From an uncultured Nitrososphaerota archaeon (GTDB taxonomy: Archaea; Thermoproteota; Nitrososphaeria; Nitrososphaerales; CADDZS01): a stretch of 64,000 bases of DNA. The position numbers and the translations under genes were made by a program. Every line of letters starts with the position of its first letter. The first letter of the stretch is position 1. The stretch is from the NCBI GenBank assembly GCA_963799845.1, contig CAWCYI010000006.1, positions 1,632,001-1,696,000 on the forward strand. Direction: 5' to 3'. Below are positions 61,617 through 64,000 of this stretch, in pieces. The notes under the pieces are model-generated. The model saw only the letters and a program-made list of their open reading frames with translations. It did not search any database and was not told where the DNA came from.

Positions 61617-62867
61617 CTAGATTGTAGTCATCGAAGTATGACTGGTTTCTGAAGTCGTACTCGAAGTGCCGCTTGTTGTTGTCGTTGTGTTTGCGATGGT
61701 CAGTGAAATAAGTTGATACTCTGAGATCTCCGTCCCCGTCGCAGGTGACGAAATGTAAGAGTCAACCAACGTTACCAGGGTTGTATTTGTTCCAGGAAGC
61801 TTTCCCACCTGAATTATCGTATACCCCGTGGAGTTTAGTTGGGGCACGCTGGAATTACCGCAGTTTGAGTCCGAATTTGACGACGTTGTCGAGCTCGAAG
61901 AGTTAGAGGCTGGTATCGTCACGTTGTAATTTGTAACGTCCATCGTTACATTTCCAAGATTGATTGTTGTTTGATTGATTTCGGTCATTACCTGATAATC
62001 CGATTGCACCGCTGAAATTATGCTTGAGTAAAGCAACGAAAGTTCGAAAAAGACCATAAGATCTGCAGCAGTTGAAGTAGCGAGAGCACCCGTTATGGTA
62101 TTGCTCCCTGAAACAATCAGCGTTGCATTCCACGCAGGATTAAAATAAATTGTTCCAGTCTGATTTTGTGATCCTCCGAACGATTGCGTTCCATTCGTTG
62201 AAAGATCTAAAGTATAATTCACTAAAGTGAATTGACTCCCGTTGATTACCTTAGTCCCAACTACAGAGTACGATCCAAGTATAAGCTCGGTTACATTAAC
62301 GACACTCGAATTTCCGAGCGTTGACTCATTTAGATTAGAGTTTATGTAAAATCGGAGAGACATTTGGGAAAAGTTTCCTAAAAGATCCTTTGTCATACTT
62401 GAGGAAAAGATGCCCGAAAGAATATTCAAAACGCCTGATTGCGACTCGCTCGTAGAATAAGTGCAGGTGCTTGACTCTGTGAGTGTAGTCGCATAAGTCA
62501 ACGATGTTTCCATAGAAGTTTCCGTTGTAGTGAAAAGCGTTGTAGTCGAGGTGACTGACGATTGTGTCTCGTAAGAGGTTGTGGATGGTTCTGTCTCGGA
62601 AGAGGTTGACGTCGAGCCAGTACTCGTGGATGTTGAGCCGCTGCTCGTGGACGTTGAACTCGTCGCTGGTTGAGCAGAGCTACTCGATGAAGGCTGTGTT
62701 GACGAAGATGTTTCGGGAACAACCGTACTCGAAATCGATTCGGTTGCATTCTTGTTCTGAGTAAAGGCGTAGTAACCACCGACTCCGGCGGCTCCGACAA
62801 TTAAGAATGTGACCACAACGGTAACCACACTGGCGACTGCATTCCCCGAATGCCCGTAGCGTAACAT
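61617..62867 (-). CDS. membrane-anchored Ser/Thr-rich surface protein
   Basis: N-terminal TM, long S/T linker and many NxS/T sequons. Confidence 0.8.
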   Translation of the reverse strand: MLRYGHSGNAVASVVTVVVTFLIVGAAGVGGYYAFTQNKNATESISSTVVPETSSSTQPSSSSSAQPATSSTSTSSGSTSTSTGSTSTSSETEPSTTSYETQSSVTSTTTLFTTTETSMETSLTYATTLTESSTCTYSTSESQSGVLNILSGIFSSSMTKDLLGNFSQMSLRFYINSNLNESTLGNSSVVNVTELILGSYSVVGTKVINGSQFTLVNYTLDLSTNGTQSFGGSQNQTGTIYFNPAWNATLIVSGSNTITGALATSTAADLMVFFELSLLYSSIISAVQSDYQVMTEINQTTINLGNVTMDVTNYNVTIPASNSSSSTTSSNSDSNCGNSSVPQLNSTGYTIIQVGKLPGTNTTLVTLVDSYISSPATGTEISEYQLISLTIANTTTTTSGTSSTTSETSHTSMTTI

Positions 62868-63069
62868 CGTGCCTCAATCACCCTTGTCAGCGTAGAGATT
62901 TAGGAAACACGTCGAATTTAGAAAAAACACGGTCATACTATTCTGGAATATGGCAATAATCTGTAATAAATAGGCATATCTCGGAAATCGAAATCTCCCT
63001 CGATGCCTGATTTCAACCGCCTGCCTCTTTGTAAAATGTGAAATAAGCGATGCCTCGGCGGGACCTTGC

Positions 63070-64000
63070 TTGAGCTCAAAGTTACTTGAAACTTTCATCG
63101 GCATAGATGTCGGAGGAACATTTACGGACGTCATCCTCTTCAATGCAAGTTCAAAGGAAACTAAAGTTATCAAAGTCTCCACTTCTCCTGGGAAAATCGA
63201 GGAGGCGATAGTTAACGCTCTCTCCTCCGAAGACATTGATCCTTCCAACACAAAGATGATGAGCCATGCTACTACAACTGCGACAAATGCTCTTCTAACA
63301 TCTAGCGGTCTCGCGAAAACGGCATTGGTTACTAACGCGGGATTCAGGGATGTTCTAGAAATCGGGCGGCAAAGAAGACCCGAGATATACAACCTCTACA
63401 GCAAAAGGCCAACTCCGCTCGTCAAGAGACACGATCGTTATACGATTAAGAGTAGAATGCTCTATGATGGTAAGGAGTGAGGGCCCGTTCAGGGAACGGA
63501 AGTGCGGCGTCTTGCAAAAAAGCTCGCACGGGAAAAGTATGATTGCGTCGTTGTTGGGCTCCTCAATTCATACGCCAATCCCTCTCATGAAGCGGCAGTG
63601 GAAAAAATAATCAAGAGAGATTACGACGGACGGATCGTCACGTCAAGTAGTGTGAATAACGAGTACAGAGAATACGAGAGATTCAGCACCGCAGTGGTTA
63701 ATGCCGCCCTTATTCCACTTGTCTCAAACTACCTCGATAATCTGAGCAAGAGTCTGAAGACCAAAGGCTTCGTTGCCCCAATTTACATAATGAACTCGGA
63801 TGGTAATGTGAGCTCCCTTGCACAGGCTTCTAGATTTCCCATATCCATTATTGAATCGGGTCCCGCCGCCGGAGTTCTTGCATGTGCTGACCTAGCGAAA
63901 TCACTTTCCCTCCTTAAGGTGGCGACTTTTGACATGGGCGGCACAACTGCAAAGGCCGGCATGATTACCAACTATCAGCCGGACATTTCATATGAGTTCG
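63070..64000 (+). CDS. hydantoinase A/oxoprolinase family protein (partial; in-frame TGA at 63478-63480)
   Basis: IDVGGTFTD and HATT; after the stop the same frame gives NSYANPSHE, EYERFSTAVVNA, ESGPAAG and DMGGTT. Confidence 0.88.

Noticed and set aside
10758-63392. Numerous antisense or overlapping ORFs in the track (e.g. 10758-11102, 13577-14038, 20358-20861, 62874-63392)
   Set aside because: They are shadows of well-supported genes on the other strand or frame, with no motifs of their own
20059-63480. Genome-wide TGA recoding or selenocysteine
   Set aside because: Many intact genes here end in TGA (e.g. 11541, 15273, 59838), and the two in-frame TGAs are not at Cys-type catalytic positions

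Overview
Archaeal chromosomal window, inferred to be a Nitrososphaerota (Thaumarchaeota)-type organism from DUF2299, DUF1512, archaeal wHTH regulators, archaeal IS6/IS481/ISH3 transposases and many TTG starts. All family calls are by motif recognition; no database search was run. The first ~10.7 kb is an accessory region of gene fragments and unknown membrane proteins. It contains an IS6 that splits an MFS gene (8-bp target duplication) and two directly repeated ~160-bp TGT-initiated arrays of TAACA(T/G)AA boxes (1482-1636, 2943-3100). Each array starts exactly where an upstream gene (CDC48-N-like; ABC ATPase) breaks off, and these arrays are the strongest candidate for an unexplained system. 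The rest is metabolic and housekeeping: SDRs, peptidases M19/M32/G1/HtrA, an ABC-2 exporter, QueE, ADH, a wHTH-Mesh1-like HD fusion, a class III cyclase-TPR protein, acyl-CoA ligase, DsbA/Prx/Dps, a protease-less Lon-N protein, an iolB/DegT/TIM-barrel cluster, nadE, glmS, dcd/dUTPase, AbrB-VapC, MoxR, PaiB and hydantoinase A. An IS481 (15-bp TSD) and an ISH3-type IS (4-bp TSD) are also present. Many genes carry single-base frameshifts, probably in part sequencing or assembly error. No rRNA, intact tRNA or CRISPR array was recognised.
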